64,000 nucleotides of DNA from Gammaproteobacteria bacterium (GCA_965221335.1 CBDCSC010000006.1:72199-136198); one strand, 5' to 3'. Shown: positions 1-11,100, counted from the first letter of the stretch. Numbers and translations are program-made. The notes: generated by a model from the sequence alone, not told the origin.

Positions 1-561
1 CATCTCCGGATCGCGGCCGCCCTCAGCGCTTAACAAAGGTTTCCACAGTGCCTCATCCAGGGTGCTGAATCCGGTATCCGGTAATGGTTGTTCATCAAAC
101 CACAAGTAACGACTCTGAGTGCGGCGTTGGGCCAAACGCAATTTTTCGTCACTGTTCATTCGCCGCTTGGTGGCGCCAACCCTGATGAAGCTGCGTCCGT
201 CACGTTCATATAACGCATCGCCCTTGGGTATAATGACCTGCAGCAGGTTTTTACCGCTCACTTCGCTGTGCCGGGTAGCGATACGCACCGGCGGCTTGAT
301 ACTATCCGTGCAAAGTGCAACCAAAAGGCTATCCAATGCTTTCATTTGTTCGACGGACATACCTGTAACATTGCCATCGTCAGTAACACCGCACAAGAGC
401 ACGCCCCCATCGGCATTGGCAAAAGCTATAATTTCATCTGCCAGTTCGTTGGGGCGCGGCTTTTTCGGCTCATTACCTGAAAACACGATCTGCTTGAATT
501 CCCAGAGACTGTCTTCACCCAACCGCAACTGCTGCTTGATATCGTTATCACTGCTTGTCAT
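1..561 (-). CDS. AlbA_2/Schlafen-like DNA-binding domain protein (RecG-like/divergent AAA type), 5' part; runs off the window
   Basis: Not in the ORF track. Translated by hand from ATG at 561: MTSSDNDIKQQLRLGEDSLWEFKQ...ELADEIIAFANADGGVLLCGVTDDG. The GE..EFK and AFAN..GG.L..GV.D motifs are typical of AlbA_2. No stop before position 1. Confidence 0.8.
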   Translation of the reverse strand, partial: MTSSDNDIKQQLRLGEDSLWEFKQIVFSGNEPKKPRPNELADEIIAFANADGGVLLCGVTDDGNVTGMSVEQMKALDSLLVALCTDSIKPPVRIATRHSEVSGKNLLQVIIPKGDALYERDGRSFIRVGATKRRMNSDEKLRLAQRRTQSRYLWFDEQPLPDTGFSTLDEALWKPLLSAEGGRDPEM

Positions 562-697
562 TATGAGCAAAACTCCCAGGCCTCAGGATTATGTGCACGT
601 TTGTGTAAACCATGCCAGTTTATCACGCTTGCAATGGTCTCAATACTGCTTGTCCTCGCCTGCCGGCGGAGCGCTGATATCAGCGTCGTCTGAATGA

Positions 698-946
698 TCA
701 AGCAAGCTCTGTTTGAGCTTTCTGTATAAACCGGTTATTGAACTGGCCAGCGCTTCCCTGTGTTTATCTCTGTCCAATGTCAGTTGGTGGATATCAGTCG
801 GCAGGAATCGCCTCATCTGGTTTTGAAAGGCATCCCCATCTATGATAGACGGGCACTGGTCGAATTACGGGTCCCATGTGAGCAACATGTGTGTCAAGCA
901 TTGCCCTGTCGACGAGCGCATTGAAATCCACTTCAGTCATCTTCAT
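698..946 (-). pseudogene. Internally deleted AbiEii-type nucleotidyltransferase toxin remnant
   Basis: The start overlaps the abiEi stop. N-terminal MTEVDFNALVDRAMLDTHVAHMGPVI is joined out of frame to C-terminal-like DQCPSIIDGDAFQNQMRRFLPTDIHQLTLDRDK...AQTELA*. No GGT catalytic core is present. Confidence 0.6.
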
Positions 947-1469
947 AAAGCGCCACTTCATCAATCAGTTCTGTGTTGCGTCCTACTCGTCTGAGGTCGC
1001 GACATGCCTTGTGCTTACCGGCTAGCTTGAGTGGCCTGTCAACATCATGAATATCATCAAGAATGTCATGGACTGGACGTGCTGTGTGTGTGAATTCAAT
1101 CGTACCAAACGGGGTGTCAACCTCGGCTTTCCGTCCTGTGGTCATGATTGTAAGACGCATCGGAATCTGCGAGATCACTCCGTGTTCAGATAATGCAGAC
1201 TCAAGACTGACATAGCTGTATTCGCCCCTTCGCATCGTCTTGGCAATTTTTTCCAGTGTGTGCGTAAACCCGTTGGCCGACAATACATTTACATAGATAC
1301 CGTTCACAGCGCGCATCAGTACACCGTTCTTGACTAGCCTGTCCAGGCCGGCATTAAGTGCGCGCGGTGTATCTTCAGGGAACAGTGTGGCGAGGTCTTG
1401 AAGCGTGAATACCTGCCTGCCCTGCCTGTCCTGAGCCATTAACTGGTGAAAGGCATGTGTCTGGTTCAT
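933..1469 (-). CDS. Type IV TA AbiEi-family antitoxin
   Basis: N-terminal wHTH (VFTLQDL...LDRLVKNGVLMRAVNGIY) plus the YVSLESALSEHGVISQIP...TIMTTG motif. ATG at 1469 preferred over the TTG in the track. Confidence 0.8.
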   Translation of the reverse strand: MNQTHAFHQLMAQDRQGRQVFTLQDLATLFPEDTPRALNAGLDRLVKNGVLMRAVNGIYVNVLSANGFTHTLEKIAKTMRRGEYSYVSLESALSEHGVISQIPMRLTIMTTGRKAEVDTPFGTIEFTHTARPVHDILDDIHDVDRPLKLAGKHKACRDLRRVGRNTELIDEVALYEDD

Positions 1470-1491
1470 CAATTCTGACGCTAATATCTAA

Positions 1492-1523
1492 ACATTAATA
1501 TCATTATTATGTGTAATTAATGT
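1492..1523. promoter_or_regulatory. AT-rich inverted repeat upstream of abiEi (possible operator)
   Basis: ACATTAAT...ATTAATGT just upstream of the antitoxin start; AbiEi proteins autorepress via inverted repeats. Confidence 0.35.
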
Positions 1524-1610
1524 CCACTTGTAAACTTCAACCAGCAATGCTGGGGCAAAACAGGCGCTGGATTCAAGATTTCGGTATGGCGAGTCAAAAC
1601 TGACGCATCC

Positions 1611-1676
1611 TGGGAGCGTGTGCATTCCGCCCGCAGGCAGGACGCCTGCGATCCCAGGGTCGCCGGTGCTCCCTGG
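1611..1676. repeat. REP family A (GGGAGCGCRGGCGTCCCGCCYGC-like palindromic pair)
   Basis: Similar to copies at 8039, 25644, 33867, 34019, 44119, 54932 and 56115. Confidence 0.6.
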
Positions 1677-1734
1677 GTGGTCCGTACTGCCGGGTGGGCT
1701 ACTTATTTTAGCTCTGGTCGCTCGTTAACAGCTA

Positions 1735-2988
1735 TCAGGAATCATAAGACGGCTGGTTGTTCAGTGTGTCGACCGCGAAGCCGGTTCGTTCCTTGAATGC
1801 GTCGATTACTGCTTGTAAACGCGCTTTTTCTACATAGTCATGGACATTCTCTGCATCCTCGGGGCACTCTCGTCGGACGATTTCCAGGACCTCGTCGGGA
1901 CCGTTCTGCCGGCTGGCCAGAACCACCCTGTTTGCTTTTGGCAGGCGGTCGGCTTCGTAGGCTTTCAGTCCTTGCTCAGCATCGTCGTGTCCGGCAATCG
2001 CATAGGCCAGCGCCCGCCCGTCGATGATGGCATGCACCGCGCCACTGGAGCTCACCGGGATCAGCGGATGCGCGGCGTCGCCCAGCAAGGTGACTCGGCC
2101 GAATGTCCACTGTTCGAGGGGATCACGGTCGTAAACCGGAAATTCAAAAATCTGCTCCGTTGATGCGATGAGTTCGGGGACATTCAGCCAGTCGAAGTCC
2201 CACTCCCGGTATAGTTGCAGCAGGTTGTCCGCAGTGGTTTGCTTGTTCCAGTCTTCTTCCTGTGGTTCGTCGGTCTCAAATGCAATCGCGGCGATCCAGT
2301 TGTTCAGGCTTTTGCCCTGTTTGCGTAATTGCGCTGAAAGCGGGTAGGAGACGAGTGTCTGACGCTGATCACCGCAGACGACCATGGTTTGACCATCGAG
2401 GTACGGCGCGCCTTCCAGCGCGCCCCGAAAGCAGATCATTCCGCAGAATACCGGCGAACCCTCTCCAGGGTAAAGCTGCTTGCGCACCGTAGAATGCAGC
2501 CCGTCAGCGCCGATCAGCATGTCGCCTTTTTCCTCGTGAATCACATCATCGGAGCCGGGGCCGGCAAAGCGTGCGACAACACCTGCGCCATCCTGATCGA
2601 AATCGACCAGGCGATGGCCGGTCATCACACTGCCGTCTCCTGCGCGGGATCTCAGCACGCGCAGCAACATCATCTGGAATTCACCGCGGTGTAATGAGTA
2701 CTGCGGCCAGTGATAACCGGCATATTCGCCGCAGGGATAGCTGATAACTGCCTTGCCGCGTCGGGTGAAATAACTCATCGCGCGGGTGCGTATAGCAAAA
2801 TGGTCGAGTTCGTCCTGCAGGCCCAGTGCGAGCAATTCCCGGCTCGCGTGGGGCAGAATATTGATGCCCACACCCAGCGGCGCGATTTCCCTGACACTCT
2901 CAAATACCTTCACGTCCATGCCCACCCGTTGCAGGCTGAGCGCTGCTGTCAGGCCACCCACACCGCCACCGGTGATCAGGACTTTCAT
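1735..2988 (-). CDS. FAD-dependent monooxygenase (group A, salicylate hydroxylase/PhzS-like)
   Basis: GGGVGGL Rossmann motif, LIGADGLHS DG motif, VTLLGDAAH GD motif. Confidence 0.85.
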   Translation of the reverse strand: MKVLITGGGVGGLTAALSLQRVGMDVKVFESVREIAPLGVGINILPHASRELLALGLQDELDHFAIRTRAMSYFTRRGKAVISYPCGEYAGYHWPQYSLHRGEFQMMLLRVLRSRAGDGSVMTGHRLVDFDQDGAGVVARFAGPGSDDVIHEEKGDMLIGADGLHSTVRKQLYPGEGSPVFCGMICFRGALEGAPYLDGQTMVVCGDQRQTLVSYPLSAQLRKQGKSLNNWIAAIAFETDEPQEEDWNKQTTADNLLQLYREWDFDWLNVPELIASTEQIFEFPVYDRDPLEQWTFGRVTLLGDAAHPLIPVSSSGAVHAIIDGRALAYAIAGHDDAEQGLKAYEADRLPKANRVVLASRQNGPDEVLEIVRRECPEDAENVHDYVEKARLQAVIDAFKERTGFAVDTLNNQPSYDS

Positions 2989-3009
2989 TTCACACGGCTA
3001 AAGTAAAAG

Positions 3010-5127
3010 TCAGTGGGCAGTTATGTTGCACATCAGGCCTTTCAGGTTGGTGGCGCCCATGCCCGGGTCCAGGGGGCCGGCGTCGTTGGTGAGGACATTG
3101 ATATTGGCGCTGAGTTGTTCTTCGCCGTTCGTCCTGTCTTTTTCCGGAAACCACCAACCGAATTCTGCGCTTACCACGCGCGGGTCGATGCCTTCGGTGA
3201 GCCTGGCGCGAAAGCGTACCTTGCCCCGGGGTGACTCGATGGTTACCCAGTCGCCGTCTTCAATGCCGCGTTCCCTGGCTGTGTCGGGGTGTATCTCCAC
3301 CAGCGGGTCCGGATGCGATTTTCTCAGGTATTCAGATTGCCGGTGTTCCGAACCAAAGAAATTGAAGATGCGGGCGCCGGTAATCAGCACCAGCGGATAT
3401 TTCTCGACAAACTCCGGTTCCCGTTCGGGACTTTCGGGCGGCTCGATATAACCGGGCAGCGGGTCGTATCCCCACTGTTCGTATTGTTCCAGGTAAAAGT
3501 CGAGCTTGCCCGATTTTGACTTGAATCCCTCTGTCTCATACTTGCGGAATTTCGGTTCTGTTTGCAGGTACGGCATGTCCTTGAATCGCTCCCAGTCCAG
3601 TCCGATGGGTTCAAGGATATGGTCCAGGGAATCGTAGTAGTCCTCCCAGAAGTACTCTTGGAAGCCGAGTTTCTTTCCCAGCTCATTGAGGATCATATGG
3701 TCGGAGCGGGCTTCCCCTTCCGGTTCCACCGCCATGTTGCGCGGGAAAACATAGCCGTGCACCTTCCAGTAATCGGCGATATTGTCATTTTCAAGCCAGG
3801 TTGCCGCCGGCAACACCAGGTCGGCGAGTTCCGTCGTTGGGGTAGGAAACACATCGCAGGCGGCAAAGAATTCGAGCTTGTTCTTCAGAATATCGTAGAC
3901 ACGCCGGGAATTTTCACGGGCATTAAGCTGGTTACTGGCAAACACCACCAGCGCCCTGACCGGGTAGGGGTCCGCATGTTCAATCGCGTCCCAGACTACA
4001 TGCGGGGTAATGCGGTTGATACTGGCGCCAAGCTTGTATTTGTCCCCACCCAGCAGCTTGGCCTTCTGTTCGGGCGGCAGCTTGTGAAACAGGGAGAACT
4101 CGGCCCGCGTCAACCCCGGGGGTAATCCGAAAATCACGTTGCCCCCCGGCACATCCAGGTTGCCGGTCAGCGCTACCAGGTAGATGAGCGCACGATCCGC
4201 ATCCACGCAATTGATGTTCTGTTCCACACCCACACCCCATTGCAGCGCCGCGGGCTTGGTGGTGGCGTAGATGCGCGCGGCTTCGGCGATCTTTTCCTTT
4301 GGCACCCAGGTGATCTTTTCCACCCGGTCCAGCGGGAATTGCTGCAAGCGTTCAACGAGCTTGTCGAAGCCGGTGGTGTATTTTTCCACGAACTCCTTGT
4401 CGTAGAGGTCCTCGTCGATGATGACTTTCATCATGCCCATGGCCAGCGCCGAGTCCGTTGCCGGGCGCAGTTGCAGCCAGAGATCCGCACGATCCACGAG
4501 TTTTGTCCGGCGCGGATCGATGATGATATGTCTGGCGCCACCTGTCAGCGTATGTGCCAGGTTGATGCCCTTGTTTTCATCGGCATTGGAAACGAGGTGG
4601 TTCGCCCCCCAGGAAATCACGCACTTGGGCCGGTTGTCGTAATCCACCATCGGTATCTCCATGCCCATGAGCTTGGAGATAGCGATGCGCGGCAGGTAGC
4701 ACATGTGTCCGGGCGTGAGCACATTCGGGGTGCCGAAGAGATTGGCGACGCGGTAGACAAAGCGGTGAAAGTCCCGACCCGTGCCATGTCCGAGAACCAC
4801 GGATTCGGCGCCGGATTCCGCCTTGAACCGGTTCATCCTGTCGGCCAGCATGGTCAGCGCCTCGTCCCAGGAGATACGCTCCCACTTGCCCTCGCCGCGG
4901 GCGCCGACCCGCTTCTTCGGGTATAACAGGCGATCAGGATGGTATTGCAGGTCCAGGAAACCATGGGCTTTCTTGCAGGTATAGCCCTTGCTGACCGGAT
5001 GCTCCTTGTCCGGCAGGAACTTTGTGACCCTGCCTTCATCCACAACGGCATAGACACCGCAACCACCGTGACCGCAGGAACGGCAAATCGTGCGTACTGT
5101 GTTACCGGTTTCGTTCTGTTTGCCCAT
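3010..5127 (-). CDS. Bis-MGD Mo/W oxidoreductase, acetylene-hydratase-like subfamily
   Basis: N-terminal CRSCGHGGC...CKK [4Fe-4S] motif, RLLYP, WERISWDEAL, GHMCY putative Cys ligand, DPRRT, ADLVLPAAT and the C-terminal VEIHPDTA...GDWV domain. No Tat signal. Confidence 0.85.
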   Translation of the reverse strand: MGKQNETGNTVRTICRSCGHGGCGVYAVVDEGRVTKFLPDKEHPVSKGYTCKKAHGFLDLQYHPDRLLYPKKRVGARGEGKWERISWDEALTMLADRMNRFKAESGAESVVLGHGTGRDFHRFVYRVANLFGTPNVLTPGHMCYLPRIAISKLMGMEIPMVDYDNRPKCVISWGANHLVSNADENKGINLAHTLTGGARHIIIDPRRTKLVDRADLWLQLRPATDSALAMGMMKVIIDEDLYDKEFVEKYTTGFDKLVERLQQFPLDRVEKITWVPKEKIAEAARIYATTKPAALQWGVGVEQNINCVDADRALIYLVALTGNLDVPGGNVIFGLPPGLTRAEFSLFHKLPPEQKAKLLGGDKYKLGASINRITPHVVWDAIEHADPYPVRALVVFASNQLNARENSRRVYDILKNKLEFFAACDVFPTPTTELADLVLPAATWLENDNIADYWKVHGYVFPRNMAVEPEGEARSDHMILNELGKKLGFQEYFWEDYYDSLDHILEPIGLDWERFKDMPYLQTEPKFRKYETEGFKSKSGKLDFYLEQYEQWGYDPLPGYIEPPESPEREPEFVEKYPLVLITGARIFNFFGSEHRQSEYLRKSHPDPLVEIHPDTARERGIEDGDWVTIESPRGKVRFRARLTEGIDPRVVSAEFGWWFPEKDRTNGEEQLSANINVLTNDAGPLDPGMGATNLKGLMCNITAH

Positions 5128-5248
5128 AACGCTTTCTCAATACGGTGAAACTTCCCACGGAACAGGCTGCTGAAAATCAATTGTCCGCGACTGTTGCTGC
5201 CAGTTTATCACGCTTGGAATAATGGAGATAAAAATGGAGATAAAAACC

Positions 5249-5276
5249 TTGATAATTTATTTTTTGTAACTACAAT
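5249..5276 (+). promoter_or_regulatory. Putative sigma70 promoter of brnT with overlapping palindrome
   Basis: TTGATA-16 nt-TACAAT. The palindrome TTGTAACTACAA (5264-5275) overlaps the -10. Confidence 0.5.
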
Positions 5277-5282
5277 AAGTCG

Positions 5283-5564
5283 GTGCAGATAGAATTCGAC
5301 CTGAAAAAGCGTGACAAGACCCTGAAGGAACGGGGATTGGACTTTGCGCGTGCGGGAGAAGTCTTTAATAGTCATCACTTCAGTGCCGAGGATACCAGGC
5401 AGGATTACAAGGAAACGCGTTATATCACGGCAGGAAAACTGGATGATCGCATGGTAGTTCTTACTTGGACGCCACGGGGTGATGCACGCCGTATTATCAG
5501 TATGAGGAAAGCAAATGAACGCGAACAAATACGCTTCAGACACAGACTGGACAGACCCGGATGA
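5283..5564 (+). CDS. brnT: BrnT family ribonuclease toxin
   Basis: IEFD..K...TLKERGLDF, DY.E.R...G, RRIISMRKANERE motifs. Confidence 0.9.
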   Translation: MQIEFDLKKRDKTLKERGLDFARAGEVFNSHHFSAEDTRQDYKETRYITAGKLDDRMVVLTWTPRGDARRIISMRKANEREQIRFRHRLDRPG

Positions 5565-5784
5565 TGCGCCGGAACTGACTGACGAGTTTTTTGAAAAAGC
5601 CGATGAGTTTGTCGGAGAGAGGCTTGTGCGTCGTGGCCGTCCGAAAGCCAGTACCACCAAGCAATCTTTGACAGTTCGTTACGATCAGGACATAGTCCTG
5701 GCATTCAAAGCTACCGGCAAGGGTTGGCAGTCCCGCATGAATGATGCCTTGCGTGATTGGCTCAAGGTGCACCGGATGATTTGA
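5515..5784 (+). CDS. brnA: BrnA antitoxin
   Basis: DPDDAPELTDEFF...RGRPK...TVRYD.DIV..FKATGKGWQSRMNDALR; overlaps brnT. Confidence 0.9.
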   Translation: MNANKYASDTDWTDPDDAPELTDEFFEKADEFVGERLVRRGRPKASTTKQSLTVRYDQDIVLAFKATGKGWQSRMNDALRDWLKVHRMI

Positions 5785-6339
5785 CTATCTTTGGGAATTC
5801 TTCAGCAGCACGTAGATGGCGCCGGTTCCGCCGTCCACCTGGCGGGCGGAGCAGTAGGCAAGCACTTCCTGTCGCTGTTGCAGCCATTTGCCGATGCGGC
5901 TCTTGATGGTCGGTCTGCCTTGTCTTGAGCGCAGGCCCTTGCCGTGGATGATGCGCACGCAACGGTGGTTGCGGATCATGCATTGCTTGAGAAACTCTGA
6001 CAGGCAGTCCTTCGCATGTTGTACGGTGTATCCATGCAGGTCCAGTTCCGCGCTGACCGCGAACTGGCCCCGGCGCAGCTTCCTGAACACCTTGTCCTGG
6101 ATGCCTTGCTTTTTGTACAACAGTTCATCCCCGGTTTCCATCGCTTCGGTGTCGAAAAAGCCTTCGGCCATTTCCTTGATGACTGCGGCCTCATCGGCGA
6201 GCCTTTGGGTCGCGATCGGCGCTGGTTTTTTTGCTTGTGGATGAACTTTGTCCTGTCTGACCGGCGTGACCTCGCCGACCGAGCGCCGGAACAGGTCGGT
6301 TTCATCGCGTTCGTATACCGGTTTTTTCCCCCTCATCAT
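5785..6339 (-). CDS. Smr domain endonuclease (SmrA/B-like)
   Basis: ELDLHGYT, VRIIHGKG and DGGTGAIYVLL. Start trimmed to the ATG after the msrQ stop. Confidence 0.85.
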   Translation of the reverse strand: MMRGKKPVYERDETDLFRRSVGEVTPVRQDKVHPQAKKPAPIATQRLADEAAVIKEMAEGFFDTEAMETGDELLYKKQGIQDKVFRKLRRGQFAVSAELDLHGYTVQHAKDCLSEFLKQCMIRNHRCVRIIHGKGLRSRQGRPTIKSRIGKWLQQRQEVLAYCSARQVDGGTGAIYVLLKNSQR

Positions 6340-6349
6340 CCCAATCCCA

Positions 6350-6949
6350 TTATGTGTGCCGCAACGCCGGCTTATTCCCCAGTTTGAAACCCGGCCACCG
6401 CAGGACCAGCAGCAGGCACAGGATGAGGCCGTAGATGAGTGGCGGCAGGATATCCGCCTTGACCAGCCACAGGTAATGGAGGATGACCAGGATCGCAATC
6501 GGATAGATTAGGGAGTGCAGCCGCCGCCAGTTGTTTCCCAGCCGTTGCGCCATTTTGTTCGTGGACGTCAGCGCCAGCGGGATGAGCAGCACAAAAGCGC
6601 TGAAACCGACGGTGATATAAGGCCGTTTCGCCACGTCCAGGATGATCTCGTTCCAGTCGAAGAACTGGTCCAGTACCAGGTAGGTGGAGAAGTGCAGGCA
6701 GGCGTAGAAAAACGCGAACAGGCCGAGCATCCTGCGGAATCGGATCAGCGCGTTCTTGCGGGTGATTTTTCGCAGCGGGGTGATCGATAATGTAATGAGC
6801 AGGAAGCGCAGCGCCCATTCCCCGGTGAAATGGGTGATCTCCTTAATCGGGTTCGCGGTCAGGTTATCGGTAAAACCGTTATACACCAGCGCGCAGAACG
6901 GCAGCATGCAGAGCAGGAACAGCGCCGGCTTTGACCAGGGAGAGTTCAT
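6350..6949 (-). CDS. msrQ: Heme-binding membrane subunit MsrQ
   Basis: RRMLGLFAFFYACLH and WRRLHSLIY; follows msrP. Confidence 0.92.
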   Translation of the reverse strand: MNSPWSKPALFLLCMLPFCALVYNGFTDNLTANPIKEITHFTGEWALRFLLITLSITPLRKITRKNALIRFRRMLGLFAFFYACLHFSTYLVLDQFFDWNEIILDVAKRPYITVGFSAFVLLIPLALTSTNKMAQRLGNNWRRLHSLIYPIAILVILHYLWLVKADILPPLIYGLILCLLLVLRWPGFKLGNKPALRHT

Positions 6950-6967
6950 TCCGGTAAGGAATCCGCG

Positions 6968-7915
<948 letters not shown>

Positions 7916-8038
7916 AAGTCTTATCTCGTACAGTATTCAATGTATGGACAACGGATACGGTTTAGAGTTCAGGTGTGAGTATACACGGGTTAGCCGAGTT
8001 ACAGGACAACCGCATACTTTTGTTTTACCGCTTTTGCT

Positions 8039-8093
8039 GGGAGCGCAGGCGTCCCGTCCGCGACAGACTGGCGGGCTGGCGCCCGCGCTCCCG
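8039..8093. repeat. REP family A inverted pair
   Basis: GGGAGCGCAGGCGTCCCGTCCGC...GCGGGCTGGCGCCCGCGCTCCC. Confidence 0.7.
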
Positions 8094-8149
8094 GGGAAGC
8101 CAAATAACGTTTTAACGGCATTATGTAAGTGAGGATTCAAAGTATGCGC

Positions 8150-11100
8150 TTACCCTGAGCCGAGCCATTGCCGGGCATTATGGAACATTTGCATCCAGGG
8201 GCTATCTGCGCCGGGATGATCGTGCTCGATCCAGGATACTTGTTGCGCCAGGAATACCCGTTCCGGGTGCGGCATCATGATGGTAAAGCGTCCGTCCGTG
8301 CTGGTGAACCCGGTCAGTCCCTGTGCCGAGCCGTTGGGGTTGTACGGATAGGTTTCCGTCACCGTTCCCCGGTTGTCCACGAAGCGCATGGCGCCCAGGG
8401 GCGGTTGCCCGGCGCTGTTGAACAGTGCCTGGCCTTCTCCATGGGCCACGACGATGGGCAGTCTTGAGCCGGCCATGCCGCGAAAAAACAGTGAGGGCGA
8501 CTCGGTAATCTCGACCATCACCACCCTGGATTCGAACTGTTCTGAGCGGTTGCGTCCGAAATCCGGCCAGCCGTCGGCGCCGGGGATGATGGCGCGCAGC
8601 CGGGACAGCATCTGGCAGCCGTTGCAGACGCCCAGGGCGAAGCTGTCGGGACGGTTGAAGAAGCGTTCGAACTCGTTCCTCAGATAATCGTTGTAAAGGA
8701 TGGATTTGGCCCAGCCGCCGCCGGCGCCCAGGACATCGCCGTAGGAAAAACCGCCACAGGCCACCAGGCCGGACAGGTTGGCCAGTGACGCAGAGCGGCT
8801 CAGCAGGTCATTCATGTTGATATCGATGCACTCGAAACCTGCCCGGTCGAAAGCGGCCGCCATCTCCACATGGCCGTTGACACCCTGTTCCCGCAGAATC
8901 CCGATGGCGGGCTTGTCTGCCGGCATACCTGACCCCGGCTTGCTTAATCCCGGGGCAGGCTCAACCTGGAGTCCGGGGTGGCGATACATGATTGACAGGC
9001 CTGGATCGGTCATGTCCTGTAGTGCGGCAAATTCTTCGGCGGCACAGGTTGGGTTATCGCGTAATGTCTGCATGTGGTAACTGGTGAGTGACCAGAGTCG
9101 GTGCAGTTGCTCGAGTCCGGCTGCGTATACCGGTGCGCCCCTCTGGCTGATGCGTATTTTTTTCTCCCCGTTCGGGTGCGCAACCGTGATTAGACAGGCT
9201 TCGGGCAGACCTGACCGCAACAGCGTTTCCCGCACTGTCTGCAAGTGTTCCGCGCGCACCTGCAGTGCGACTCCGGGTTCTTCATTGAGCAGGAAGGCCG
9301 CCAGGTCATCATCTTCCACGTCAATGTCCAGGCCGCAACGGCCGGCAAACGCCATTTCACACAGGGTCACGAACACGCCGCCGTCTGAACGGTCGTGGTA
9401 CGCGAGCAGATAACCGGTTTCATTCAGTAACTGCACGCCGTTGAAACAGGCAGCCAACAGGGCCGGGTCGTCCAGGTCGGGCGTAGTGAGGCCGGTCTGT
9501 TGCGTGACCTGTGCCAGCGCCGAGTCACCCAGGCGGTTTTTTCCGATGCCCAGGTCGATGAGCAGCAATACGGAGTCCTCCATCTGCCGTAACTGCGGCG
9601 TGAGGGTCTTGCCGGTGTCCGCTACGGGGGCAAACGCGGTGATATTCAGCGACACCGGCGCGCTGACCCGTTTCTCCCGGCCGCGGTCCTGCCAGGCCAC
9701 GCTCATGGACATGGAATCCTTGCCTACCGGTATCGGGATGCGCAACTGCTGCGCCAGCGCCGAGACTGCTTCCACGGTCGCATACAACGCTGACCGCTCT
9801 GCCGCAGTACCGGCGTCCGCCATCCAATTTGCCGACAAGGCCACATCCTCCAACCGCAGGATGCGGCTGGCGCAGAGGTTGGTCAGGGCCTCGGATACGG
9901 CCAGCCGCCCGGATGCCGGCGCGTTATCGACGGCTACAGACGGGCGTTCACCCAAGGCCATGGCCTCGCCGGTACGGGCGCCGAATGTGGCGGCAGTGAC
10001 CGCGCAATCGGCCACCGGTGTCTGCCAGGGGCCGACCATCTGGTCGCGCACCACCAGGCCGGAGACACTGCGGTCACCGATGGTTACCAGGAAGCGTTTG
10101 TCGGCCACCGCCGGCAGTTGCAGCACCCTGGCTATGGCTTCGTCCAGGGTAATCATCAGGTTGCCGGCTCCAGTGGCATGTTGCAAAGCCGTGCCTTCCG
10201 GGTCAGGAGTTGGCATGGGGATTGAATGCGAACCTATGTCCTCCGGGTCGGGAGTCGGCGCGGGGATGGAATGCGAACCTGTGCTCTCTGGGTCGGGAGT
10301 CGGCACGGGGATGGAATGCGAACCTGTGCTCTGTGGGTCGGGAGCCGATACGGGGGCGGAATGCGAATCTGTGCCCTCCGGGTCGGGAGTCGGCGCAGAG
10401 ATAGAATGCTTACCTGCTTTGTTCCGGCGTTGTTTGTCGCTCTCGTAGGCTTGTGTCTTGAAAGACAGCCCCGGCGTTTTACCGAGGATCACGTCGAGCG
10501 GCACATCGACGGGCTTGCCGTCGTTGAGCTTGTCGGTGACAACCAGCCGCCCGCTGTTGTTGGTCTTGCCGATGACGGCATAGGGCGCCCGTTCCCGTTC
10601 GCAGATGACGCCGAAGCATTGCGTATCCGCCGCGCTGATGGCGAGCACATAGCGTTCCTGGGCTTCATTACACCACAGCTCCATCGGTGACATGCCCTGG
10701 TCGGCGCTGTGGATCGCACGCAGGTCGAACACGGCGCCGGCGCCGCCCTGGTGCACCAGCTCCGGCAATGCGTTGGACAGGCCGCCGGCGCCCACATCGT
10801 GGATGGACAGTATCGGGTTATCCTCGCCCAAGGCCCAGCACTGATCGATGACCTCCTGGCAACGGCGCTGGATTTCCGCGTTGTCACGTTGTACCGATGC
10901 AAAATCCAGCTCCTGGCTGCTGGTCCCTGCGGTCATCGAGGACGCCGCGCCGCCGCCAAGTCCTATGAGCATGGCCGGGCCGCCCAGTACCGCGATTTTG
11001 CAGCCGTCCGGCAACGGTTTTTTGTTTACATGTGCGGGCCGAATTACACCGTAGCCGCCGGCCAGCATGATGGGTTTGTGATAGCCCCTGGTGCTGCCGG

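Noticed and set aside
119-697. 192-aa plus-strand ORF
   Set aside because: Antisense shadow of the AlbA_2 gene on the minus strand.
3010-5127. Calling this a true acetylene hydratase
   Set aside because: The residue equivalent to catalytic Asp13 is not Asp; only family-level similarity is supported.
10184-10408. Intein in PurL
   Set aside because: No Cys/Ser start with His-Asn end splice motifs; it is a simple tandem repeat.
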